Made by a program: the position numbers and the translations under genes
From: Ginglymostoma cirratum
Lineage: Eukaryota
Reading direction: 5' to 3'
DNA length: 64,000 nt
Assembly (NCBI GenBank): GCA_024137785.1
Contig: JAHRHZ010000025.1
Location: 23,420,219 to 23,484,218 of the forward strand
The notes under the pieces: generated by a model
What the model saw: the letters and a program-made list of their open reading frames with translations, nothing else
Database searches by the model: none
What the model was told of the DNA's origin: nothing
Shown: positions 51,996-62,877 of the stretch, in pieces
Numbering within the stretch: the stretch's first letter is position 1
Layout of the letters: each line of letters starts with the position of its first letter

Positions 51996-52409
51996 GATGT
52001 TGCTATAATGGAGTTTCATCCTGTGCCACCTCAATGCTGTCAATAGGTTGTCTTCTTCTTTTCTCTCCCACTATCCCTCAGTATAGTCCCAGGCTTTATA
52101 GCTGGCAGGAAGGAAGCCTGCCCTATAGTGGAGCCTGTTAACTTCGGAGTTTTGCATTGGTGACCAGAAGGATGTTTGTAGCTGGAGGCCCACTCATGCT
52201 GTGTATCCAGCCAATGGGCAGCTTTACCTTCCTCAACTTGAACTTTCCCAGGGCCGAGGGTGGCAGGTAGGATGGAGGTGGAAGTCCTGGCCATCTCTGG
52301 AGAGTCGTGAGAGGAGACTTCCACGGAGGGTGCCCCATGTCCTTGTGAGTAAGGGATGCCTGGAATGAGGTTAAGATCCCTCATTCCCTCAATGCCAGCA
52401 TTCAATATT

Positions 52410-52540
52410 TTACCAATGTCATCATGGGATCTGTAATGTTCACCTGAATTTAGGGCAGCACCTTGGTTTAACATCTTATCCAAAGTACATTGTCTGTAAT
52501 AATGCACCCTTTTTCAGCCCTCAGTATTGTGCTGAGCTAC
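52410..52540 (-). mobile_element. DeuSINE fragment
   Basis: catgggatct..ttcacctga..cttggtttaacatcttatccaaa is the reverse complement of the Deu domain. Confidence 0.6.
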
Positions 52541-53004
52541 ATAAATCAGTGTGAAGCAGATCCTGATGAAGTTGCCTGAAGTTATAGCATTAAAAAAACC
52601 CATCAATACTCAACCTCAGTCTTTGACAATTTTACTATAATGTTTTCAAGATGTAACAGGAAGCATACAACATTACCAAATGGAAACAAAATTAACCGAA
52701 ACAAGCTATTGGACATGAACCAGGCAACTATAAAATAAGTGACATATATTTGTTAATTAACCGTCAAAGTATCTCTGCAAGCAAACAAATCTGTGTAGAA
52801 TTACAATGTCACAAGCTATAAAAAATTGTGTTAATTTGAGCTGGAGAGGCTACTGTCACAAATCTTTTGCAAATTAAGAGTCTGAAGAGTCTAGAAGTTG
52901 TGGTATAGTGGTGAAATTTTAGTTCAAAGGCATTTTTACATTCTGATCAGGTAATTTTGTGCTGGTGAGTTCAGTCAACTGCATGTCAAATCTAAGCATT
53001 GGGA

Positions 53005-53280
53005 TTCTCAGTCTGGGCTGAGTTAGGAGCAACAATCCAGGTGCTACCACGAGACTTTGTGCCCCAGGCTAAAGGAAGAAAAAGCAGCTCCTTGTCCAGA
53101 ATGCTGTCCAATGACCCCTGCTAGAAAAGAAATGATTGTGTGTTCAAATGAAGGCAATTCCTCGTGCTCAAACAGCTAGGTAATGTTCACTGTCTTGGTT
53201 CACGAAGGAGGAATAGACATTGAACAAGGTGCTGGAGAGTGCAGGAGGGCATGCCAGGAGCAGCACCAGGCATACCTTTG
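53005..53280 (+). mobile_element. Old SINE-like repeat (same family as 14490)
   Basis: gtctgggctgagttag..ccaatgacccctgctagaaa. Confidence 0.45.
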
Positions 53281-53289
53281 GATGAAGTG

Positions 53290-55197
53290 TCAACCAGGTA
53301 GAGGACCTACCACCAGGGCTATCTGCATAGCAAACAGCATAAGCAAGTGATAGGCAGAGCTAAGTAACCCCATAAACAACAGATCAGATCTAAGCTCTGT
53401 AGTCCTGACTCACCCACTCATGAATGTTGGTGGATGATTAAACAACACACTGAAGGAGGAGGCTCCACAAAGATCCTCATCCTCAATGATGCAAAAGCCC
53501 GGCATATCAGTACAAGAGATAAGTACAAAAGGCTGTAGCATTTTTCAGCAATCTTCAGAAGTACAAGTGAATGATCCATCTTGGCCTCCTCCCGTTGTCT
53601 CAGCATTACAGATACCAGTCTTCAGCTAATTCGATTCACTCCATGTAATATCAAGAAACAGTTGGAAAGACCAGATACTGCAAAGGCTATGAGCCCTGAA
53701 AACATTCCGGCAATAGCTTTGAAGACTTGTGCTCCAGAACTTGCCGTTCCCCTAGCCAGGCTGTTGCAGTACAGTTACAACACTGGTACCTACCCAACAA
53801 TGTGGAAAATTGCCCAAGTGTGTCCTGCACACAAAAAGCAGGACAAATCCAATCCGGCCAATTACTGCCCCATCAGTCTACTCTCAATCATCAGTAAAGT
53901 GATGGAAGGTGTCATCATCAGTGCTATCAAGCAGCACCTGCTCAGCAATAACCTGCTCAGTGATGCCCAGTTTGGGTTCCGCCCAGGCCATTCAGCTCCT
54001 GACCTCATTACAGCCTTGGTTCAAACATGGGCAAAAGCGCTGAATTCCAGAGGTGAAGTGAGAGTGACAGCCCTTGATATCAAGGCTGCATTTGTTGAAG
54101 TGTGCCATCAAGGAGCCCCAGCAAAACTGGAATCAATGAATATTGAGGCAAAACTCTCCAGTGGTTAGAGTCATACCTGCCACATAACAAGATGGCCATG
54201 CTTGTTGGAGGTAAGTCATCTCAGCTCTAAGACATCTCTGCCGGAGTTCCTCAAGGCACTGTTCTAGGTCTCAACCATTTTCAGCTGCTTCATCAATGAC
54301 TTTCCCTCCATCATAAGGTCAGAAGTGGGGATGTTCACCGATGATTGCACAATGTTCAGCACCATTCGTGACTCCTCAGATACTGAAGCAATCCATGTTC
54401 AAATGCAACAATATCCAGACTTGGGCTGACAAGTGGCAAGTAATATCCACACTACACAAATGCCAGGCTATGACTATCGCCGATAAAAGACAATCTAACC
54501 ACCACACCTTTACAATCAATAGTATTACAATCACTATCAACATCCTGGGGGTTACCATTGACCAGAAACTCAACTGGACTCACCACATAAACACAATGGC
54601 TGCAAGAGTAGGTTAGAGGCCAGAAATACTGCGGCAAGTTAGTCACCTCCTGACTCCTCAAAGCCTGCCCACCACAAGTCAGGAGTGTGATGGAATACTC
54701 CCCACTTGCCTCGATGGGTGCAGTTCTAACAACTCTCAAGAAACTTGACACCATCAAGACAATGTAGCCCCCTTGATTTACATGACATCAACAAGCGTCC
54801 ACTCCCTCCAGCACAGACGCTCAGTAGCAGCAGTGTGTACTATCTACAAGACACACTGCAGAAATTCACCCAACATTCTCAGACAGCTCCTTCCAAACTC
54901 ACGACCACTTCCATCTAGAAGAACAAGGGCAGCAGATACATGGGAACACCACCATGTGCAAGTTGCCCTCCAAGCCACTAATCATCCTGACTCAGAAATG
55001 TATCAATGTCCCTTCACTGTCGCCGTGTCGAAATCATGGAATTTCCTCCCTAATGGTATTGTGGGTCAACCTACAGCAGGTGGACTGCAGTGGTTCAAGA
55101 AGGCAGCTCACCACCACCTTCTCAAGGGCAACCAGGGTTGGGCAATAAATGATGGCCATGCAGCAAAACACACATCCCATAAATGAATAAAAAAAAG
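53290..55197 (+). mobile_element. CR1-group (L2/Crack-like) LINE, RT domain to 3' end, with stops and frameshifts
   Basis: WKIAQVCPAHKK..NYCPISLLSIISKVME..QFGFRPGHS..LDIKAAF; GVPQGTVLG; MFTDD; A-rich terminus. Confidence 0.92.
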
Positions 55198-55829
55198 GAA
55201 TATGGGGTGGAAGTAGACTCATGTAGATTATAATCAACAGCATTGACCTGTTAGAGCAAATACTATTATGCTGAAACGTCTATGTAATTTACAAAATGGG
55301 TTAGTACACATTTCCTTATTTAGTATGTTTTATACAATAGGCCAAACATTAGTGCACTTATAAAGGGTGGTTTCGCACTCCCGGGGAAACAGCACTCACA
55401 AGTTTTCTTTACTTCAAATTGAATGGGTGATAACTCAGAGATCACACAGATACAATTCCCCGTGATGTTGTGATGCTCTCCCTTTGATGGTTGATCCCCA
55501 TTGTGATTGCAGACCTTGCAAGTAGATCTCCGGAAAAGATGGTGATTATTTGCCAACTCATCTGGCTGAGTCAGTTCTTTGCCTGTTGCCTCTCTCATTC
55601 TTAGTAGATGTGTGCTTTTGCTGGAAGGATACTGAAGTGAGATCATTGGATGACGGTAGCAGCACAACATTCTGAAATATAGTTGGCATCAAAAAATTTA
55701 AACTTTCTGATGTCAAGGGCAGTTTAGGCAATAAACTATGTAAAAAATGTATCTCCAGTGCACTTAATTTGCAAATGAACATTACCACACAATCTGAAAG
55801 AACAATAAGCAGACAAAGAGCATAATTCT

Positions 55830-56048
55830 AGATAACAAGCATGGGGCTGGATGAACACAGCAGGTCAAGCAGCATCATAGGAGCAGGAAAACTTGACGTT
55901 GTGGGATTTTTTTTTTTCTGATGAAGGGTCTAGGCCCGAAACGTCAAGTTTTCCTGCTCCTATGATGCTGCTTGACCTGCTGTGTTCATCCAGCCCCATG
56001 CTTGTTATCTCGGATTCTCCAGCATCTGCAGTACCTTTTATCTCTGAT
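55830..56048 (+). mobile_element. Young fold-back PLE mini-element (219 bp) with 17 bp TSD
   Basis: TSD acaaagagcataattct at 55813 and 56049; arm 55830-55900 is the reverse complement of about 55940-56009; ~37 nt tail only on the right arm. Confidence 0.95.
55915..55948 (+). ncRNA. Minimal type I hammerhead ribozyme motif, core intact
   Basis: ttt-CTGATGA-a-GGGT ctag GCCC-GAAA-CGTC-aag; predicted cleavage after C55945; activity untested. Confidence 0.7.
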
Positions 56049-56991
56049 ACAAAGAGCATAATTCTTCTTGGTTTCCCTCCATCGTTATTGGCAACTGCTC
56101 AAAATTCGCAAGTTTCTATTCTATACACTTGAGCAGAAACTATGAATGTGAATACTCTTGTTCACCTGAGGGGTTATTGAAGCTGCCCTTACCTGAGGCA
56201 CATTCTCATTCATGAACACAGCTTCCAGTAGGTGTCACTAGAAGGCAACCAGGAGCCAGAAACCTGTCTGACTATGATTCAAAGGTGCTGAGATCATTTA
56301 TGGCACCAATTCCATGTGTGATTAAGAATACAACTGATAGCAATACGTTTTGCCATGTATAGTCTCCAGTGGAAACTGAAATACAAAGATTTGTGGCCAG
56401 GCTGAAGATTCAACATTAGACTGTGTAAGATCCTGCCAATTATTTACTGTTACAATGCGCACTGACATCATTTTGACTTGGAATATCTTTAAACAACTGT
56501 TTTTTTGAACTGATCTAGGAAAATGCTTATTACCACAGCATACCTGAGTACAGGTCAAACATTATCACATCCGAATTTTATAAAACATTCTCAAACTTTT
56601 TTTTAAACTTTTGCATTTTACTACTTGGCTTCAAGTACATCTCTTGTGTTCGGTGCCTTAAATTCCCTTAGTAAATGTGTTGACTGATGGGGTTCAGGAA
56701 TCATAAACTTTACATTAACTGCTCTCAGTTGGATTTTGAGAATCTGGATTATCTGTTAACTATATATAGCCATAACCTGATCTGAAAATCTGCATCTGCT
56801 CAATGGAATTCAGATTTAATGGTATAAATGTTGCTAACTAGCTCTTGGAAGCATTGGATCCAAATTAAAAGAAGAACATGATAATGGAGACTAAAATCAA
56901 ATTTCATTCTTCTTATTTCTTTTCTCCAAACTTTAGTGGAATTTTGAGAGCTAAATTCTACAATCTTGATAATTTTTGATGAAAATCAAAT

Positions 56992-57480
56992 AAAATCATA
57001 GAATTCTACAATGCGGGAGGGGGCCATTTGACTCATCGTGTCTGTATTGGCTCCTGAAAGAAATGCCCGACTAATCCCATTCTCCATCTGAGGAAGGGTC
57101 ACCGGACCCGAAATGTTAATTCTGTTTTCTCCTTCACAGATGCTGCCAGACCTGCTGAGCTTTTCCAGCAACTTTGTTTTTGTTCCCATTCTCCAGCCCT
57201 ATCTCTGTAGTCCCCTGAATTTGTCACTTTTATCAAATAAAGACCCAGCTCTGTTTTGGAACCTCCGATGGAATCTGCCTCCATCACTCGCCCAGGCATC
57301 ACATTCCAAATCCTAACAACTGTCACCTCACTCCTAGTTTTCTTGACCCCTAGTTACTCTCATACCAACTAGCAGAAACAGAATATCCTTCTTTACCCTG
57401 TCAAAATTGTTCAGAACTTTGAACACCTCAATAAAGTCACCTCTTAATCTTCTTTGCTCCCAGGAGAAAAAGCCCAAGTG
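56992..57480 (-). mobile_element. CR1 3' fragment
   Basis: LGFFSWEQRRLRGDFIEVFKVLNNFDRV; VVRIWNVMPGRVMEA. Confidence 0.85.
57087..57183 (+). mobile_element. 97 bp PLE-derived mini-insertion with 12 bp TSD, starting at the hammerhead core
   Basis: TSD tcccattctcca at 57075 and 57184; begins t-CTGAGGA-a-GGGTC accg GACCC-GAAA-tgtta. Confidence 0.92.
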
Positions 57481-57509
57481 CTTAAAATTTGAAGACATTT
57501 CTAGCTTTA

Positions 57510-57890
57510 AGAAAAGAGCGAGTCTATGTCTTATTGAAATATATAGGATTTCCAAGGGACTTGACAGGTTAAATACTGAGAATATGTTTGCCCTTATAGG
57601 GAAATTTAGAAGTAGGGACAGAGTTTTGAAATAAGGTGCAGATGAGGAGGAATTTCTTCTCTCAGAATATGGTTAAGTTTTGAAATCCCATACTCTGGAA
57701 AGCAGTGGAAACTGAGTTATTGAGTATATTCATAGCTACGTTTTGGCAGATTTTTGATCTACAAGGATTCAGGGGACAGGCAGAAATGTAGAGGTAGGGC
57801 CAATCAGCCATGATTTTCATGAACAGCAGAGCAAGCTCAAAAGGCTAAATGTTCTCCTCCTGTTCCTTCTTTTTTATGTTTTTATGTAAC
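57510..57890 (+). mobile_element. Decayed CR1 3' fragment
   Basis: LIEIYRISKGLDR; tail tcagccatga..ctcctgttcct. Confidence 0.7.
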
Positions 57891-58843
57891 ACTGAGAAAC
57901 GGTTGGCCTTCATTTTGTCCTTGTAACCCAATTTGCTTTGGGAACACTACTTTCATTTCAAGGCTGGTTGAGTTGTTCTCACCCTAGGGCACACTGCAAA
58001 GCTTTAACTTCTTTAGCAGTGCTTGAATTTATTTAATTACCTTTCTTGTGCCTTCTTTTCATTTTTTTTCCCAGTTCATCCACCCAGGCTGAAAGTATTT
58101 TTCAGGCAACTTCGAGGAGGTCTGTTCCTAGACTTCAGCACGTAGATTTTTATAGCCAGTTACTAAAAGGAGTGAGCTGTATGTCCGTCTCCATCTCTTG
58201 ACATTGTAATGAGATTAGGGATTATCATGCAGGAAGAATTCTGAAAGACAATGACAGGAGAACCAATACATTATGCTATGTAATATCTGCTGTGATATTG
58301 ATCTCATGTGAAATGGGCTCATCATGAATCAGCAGTCAATTTAATCACCATACCCAACTTCCTTTCTACTAAGGTTCAACACTTGATTGTTCAAATCCCT
58401 TTTTAGAGACTCATTTTCTAATCTGTTTGCTACTTTTACAAAGTTAAAAATCAAGAACAATATTTTTCAAGTCAGTGGAAATTTAAAAACTGGTGCAAAG
58501 AAAAATCTAGTCAGTTTGCTTTTTGCTATGTTTTATGGCGCTGGCACTTCCATCTCCACAAAATAATTATTGGATCTCATGAAGGGAGCTGAAACCCAGA
58601 CCTGCCTTTACTAAAATGAGGTTGTGGGTCTCAATTGGGGTCGCATACATCGGCACAGGCAGTTTTTACTATCAGTTTAAGTGCGAACTGAAGGAGCTAT
58701 ACTGTCTGCTGTATTTCTCAATGAGTAATTTTCACAATTAACACTAAACTAACAGTTGACAGAGACAAGTCCTCACTCAGGTGCTATTTGTGTATAGTTA
58801 AAGGAAAGGTATTTTCATCCACTCCCACCTATAAACTGTGTGG

Positions 58844-58938
58844 GGTAACAAGGTGTAGAGCTGGATGAACACAGCAGGCCAAGCCGCATCAGAGGAGCAG
58901 GAAAGCTGACATTTCGGGCCTAGACCCTACTATCTCCT
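58844..58938 (-). mobile_element. 95 bp PLE mini-insertion with 15 bp TSD at the terminus of another PLE
   Basis: TSD ctataaactgtgtgg at 58829 and 58939; inverted arm followed by the tail remnant tactatctc. Confidence 0.85.
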
Positions 58939-58944
58939 CTATAA

Positions 58945-60392
58945 ACTGTGTGGAGCTGGAGGAATGCAGCAGGCCAGGCAGCATCAGAGGAGCAGGAAAG
59001 CTGATGTTTCGGGTCGGGACCCTTCCTCAGAAATGGGGGAGGGGAAGGGGACTCTTAAATAAGTAGAGGGGGGTGGGAGTAGCGGATAGGGTGGGAGAGA
59101 AGACGGACAGGTCAATGAGATGGGGATGAGAGGGGGCTCTGGTCTTGGGATGAGGTCAGGGGTGGGGAGATTTTGAAGCTAGTAAAGTCCACATTGAGAC
59201 CATTGGGTTGTAGGCTTCCAAGACGGAATATGAGGTGCTGTTCCTCCAGTTTCCGGGTTTGTCCCAGATGTCCTTGGATTTCAAGGACCACAACATCCCC
59301 ACCTCAGAGGTCGAAAACGCCCTTGACCATATCTCTTGTGCTTCCCGTACCTCAGCCCTCACACCCCCTCCCCGCAATAAAAACAAAGACAGAATTCCCC
59401 ATGTCCTCTCGTATCACCCCATTAACCTCCGGATTCAACGCATCATTCTGCGCCACTTCCTCCACCTGCAATCTGACCCCAGTACAAAGGATATATTTCC
59501 CTCCCCACCCTTATCTGCCTTCCGGAGGGACCATTCTCTCTGCGACTCCCTCATCCGCTCCACACTCCCCACGAGCCCCACCACCCCCGGCACTTTTCCC
59601 TGCAACCACAGGCAGTGCTACACCTGCCCCTACACCTCCCCTCTCACCTCCACCCCAGGCCCCAAAAAAGACCTTCCACATCAAACAGATGTTCACCTGC
59701 ACATCCTCTAATGTGGTCTATTATATCCGCTGTTCCTGATGTGGCCTCCTCTACATCGGGGAGTCAAAGTGGAAGCTCAGAGACCGCTTTGTGGAGCACC
59801 TGCGCTCAATTCACGACAAACGACAACACCTCCCGGTCGCGAACCACTTCAACTCCCCCTCCCACTCCCTGGACGACATGTCCATCCTGGGCCTCCTCCA
59901 GTGTCAAAACGATGCCACCTGAAAACTGGAGGGGCAGCACCTCACATTCCACCTTGAAAGCCTACAATCCAATGGTCTCAATGTGGACTTTACTAGCTTC
60001 AAAATCTCCCCACCCCCAACCACGTCCCAAGACCAGCCCCCCTCTCTGATCCCCGCCTCATTGACCTGACTGTCTTCCCTCCCACCTAACCTATCCTCCC
60101 ACCTCACTGATCAATCCCCACCCCTACATACCTACACTCACCTTTACTAGCTTCATCCCGGCCTCGTTGACCTGTCTGTCTTCCCTCCCACCCTATCCGC
60201 TCCACTATCTACTTGCTATCACAGCCTGTCCCTCTCTCTATTTATTTAAGAGCCCCTTCCCCTCCTCCATTTCAGAAGAATGGTCCAAACCCGAAATGTC
60301 AGCTTTCCTGCTCCTCTGATGCTGCCTGGCCTGCTGTGTTCCTCCAGCTCCACACTGTGTTATTTCAGACTCCAGTATCGGCAGTTCTTAGT
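58945..60392 (+). mobile_element. Penelope-like element with 5' inverted arm (58945-59255, minus) and sense GIY-YIG plus 3' repeat (59260-60392)
   Basis: MFTCTSSNVVYYIRCS*CGLLYIGESK..RFVEH..VANHFNS; acctataaa at 58827 and 60393 as possible TSD. Confidence 0.92.
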
Positions 60393-60904
60393 ACCTATAA
60401 ATTGCATTGTCCTCCTTCTCCTGCTTAAAGGCAATGACAGTTGGACTGCATTTCAGTCCAAACCCTTCAGTAAGGAACCTAGAGACCATTATTCCCAAGT
60501 GAGCCAAGGAACTGAATGCCGGCAGCTGCCAATAAATTGAAGCTGCTTCAGTTAGATCCAATTCTATCTTCATCTGGCATCTTCACACTTCTACACAAGG
60601 AGAGCATTTTCAAAGATTAAAAATAATCTTCTCAAAGTGTCCATGTCACTCTTTTTTAAACTAAAATGAATGACATCAAAGGAATATCAAGCACAAATTG
60701 GCTTATTCTGTCGAAAGGGACATTAATGCATCTATCTCTTAGGCAAAATTACTAGGGGGCTACAAAAGTGAGCAACCAATGAGAAACCAACCAGTTACAA
60801 ATATATCAGAGATAAAAGGTACTGCAGATGCTGGAGAATCCGAGATAACAAGCATGGGGCTGGATGAACACAGCAGGTCAAGCAGCATCATAGGAGCAGG
60901 AAAA

Positions 60905-60938
60905 CTTGACGTTTCGGGTCTAAACCCTTCATCAGAAA
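60905..60938 (-). ncRNA. Minimal hammerhead ribozyme motif, core intact
   Basis: Minus strand ttt-CTGATGA-a-GGGT ttag ACCC-GAAA-CGTC-aag. Confidence 0.7.
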
Positions 60939-61689
60939 TGGGGGAGGGGAAGAGGGTTCTGAAATAAATAGGGAGAGAGGGGGAGGCGGATAGAGGAGAA
61001 GATAGGTGGAGAGGAGGCAGACAAGTTGAAGAGGCGGCGATGGAGCCAGTAAAGATGAGTGTAGGTAGGGGGGTAGGGAGGAGATAGGTCAGTCCAGGGA
61101 GGACAGACAGGTCAAGAGGGCGGGATGAGGTTAGTAGATAGGAGATGGGGGTGTGGCTTGAGGTGAGAGGAAAAACAGGTTAGGGAGGTGGAGATGAGCT
61201 GGGCTGGTTTTGGGATGCGGTTGGGGGAGGGGAGACTGTGGCATTGCAGGAGGCCCAGGATGGACATGTCATCTGAGGAATGTGGATTTCACAAGAACCC
61301 TGCAGCCCAATGGCATCAATGTGGATTTCACAACAATCCTGCAGCCCAATGGCATCAATGTGGATTTCACAAGCTTCAAAATCTCCCCTCCCCCAACCGC
61401 ATCCCAAAACCAGCCCAGCTCATCTCCACCTCCCTAACCTGTTTTTCCTCTCACCTCAAGCCACACCCCCATCTCCTATCTACTAACATCATCCCGCCCC
61501 CGTGACCTGTCCGTCCTCCCTGGACTGACCTATCTCCTCCCTACCCCCCTACCTACACTCACCTTTACTGGCTCCATCCCCGCCTCTTCGACTTGTCTGC
61601 CTCCTCTCCACCTATCCTCTCCTCTATCCATCCTCTATCCGCCTCCCCCTCTCTCCCTATTTATTTCAGAACCCTCTTCCCCTCCCCCA

Positions 61690-61723
61690 TTTCTGATGAA
61701 GGGTTTAGGCCCGAAACGTCAAG
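61690..61723 (+). ncRNA. Minimal hammerhead ribozyme motif, core intact
   Basis: ttt-CTGATGA-a-GGGT ttag GCCC-GAAA-CGTC-aag. Confidence 0.7.
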
Positions 61724-61939
61724 TTTTCCTGCTCCTCTGCTGCTGTTTGACCTGCTGTGTTCATCCAGCCCCATGCTTGTTATCTCAGTTACAAATATAC
61801 CCGTGACTGCAACAACACCCAATACATAATCCAATACAGGACTTTTAGATTGCCTCAGATTGGTATCAGGTCACCCATAAGTACCTTTGCCAACTCTAAC
61901 TAGGTGCATTCTGGACGTTTCAACAGATGGCCACTCAAT

Positions 61940-62048
61940 ATGGGCGAGATGCAGGCACATGGGATTAGTACAGTTTAGGAAACTTGATCAGCATGGATGA
62001 GTTGGACGAAAGGCCTGTTTCCATGCTGTACAACTCTATGACTCTATG
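61940..62048 (+). mobile_element. CR1 3' tail
   Basis: tcagcatggatgagttggacgaaaggcctgtttccatgctgtacaactctatgactctatga. Confidence 0.8.
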
Positions 62049-62877
62049 AGTCCATCTTCCCTTACCCCACACTCCCACCATCAGTCATCTATCCCCCAGG
62101 CTTTCCCTACAACCAACAGGAAAGTGAATAGTTTCTCTGTAATCCAACTGGATGATTTTAATGCTAGCTATCAGTTAAAAAGTCACCTCACAACTATTAC
62201 ATTTTGGTCACTGATAAATGCGAGTGCAATTTTGTTGACTACTGCTGTGATATTTCTACAGTGTGTTGCTCACAGCAGAGTCCTGGCCATGGACCTTCAA
62301 TTCTGGAGCCTCCAAGTCATCCTGGAGGCTTGAAAAATCAACGCCAAGGGTTTTCCCATATATTTGTGGAGACACTATTTTACCCGGGAACTAGATTTGT
62401 ATCACGTTGTAGTCCCTCTGGTGCTTGTCATTAGAATGCTGTTATCATTTCACTTTCTTGGCTGAAACTAAGGACCTATTTGGTTTACAGTAGTAGAGGA
62501 TAAACCACTATTGAGTCTTAACAATAAGAGGCCCTTACCTTAAAAAAGGTCAGTTATGGAATCATAGCAATCAGATATAAGTTATATGAAGGGGATAAAT
62601 ATTGTTACAGAGACTGCAAGGAGACCTGAAGAAATAATCTTCACTTGGTGAGATCTTAAGCTGTCCCACTTTATCCCCACCCAAACCTTCATATTGGTTT
62701 GAGCTTCATGCAGATTCTGACATTAAGCTTTTCAGAACCATTACCTTTTGCCAGAGTCCCTTTTGTCAATGCTCCCTCTGATACTGAAATGCAAAATGAG
62801 TAAGTACGAAATACAAAAGATGTGAGGTAAAAATGACTGTCCTACCTGTCAGGTTGCATTTGATTGTGTGCGGCAGG

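Larger units (their letters stand above)
60806..61785 (-). mobile_element. Young fold-back PLE element (980 bp) with 14 bp TSD
   Basis: TSD cagttacaaatata at 60792 and 61786; arms about 60842-61235 and 61380-61785 are near-perfect inverted repeats; tail only on the left arm. Confidence 0.95.

Noticed and set aside
53581-54168. 195 aa ORF as a functional reverse transcriptase
   Set aside because: LINE fragment with downstream stops and frameshifts, and a mutated catalytic motif (FTDD)
55891-55900. Inverted arm ending exactly at the predicted ribozyme cleavage site
   Set aside because: The arm extends 6 nt (aacgtc) beyond the predicted cut, so it is not a clean cleavage product
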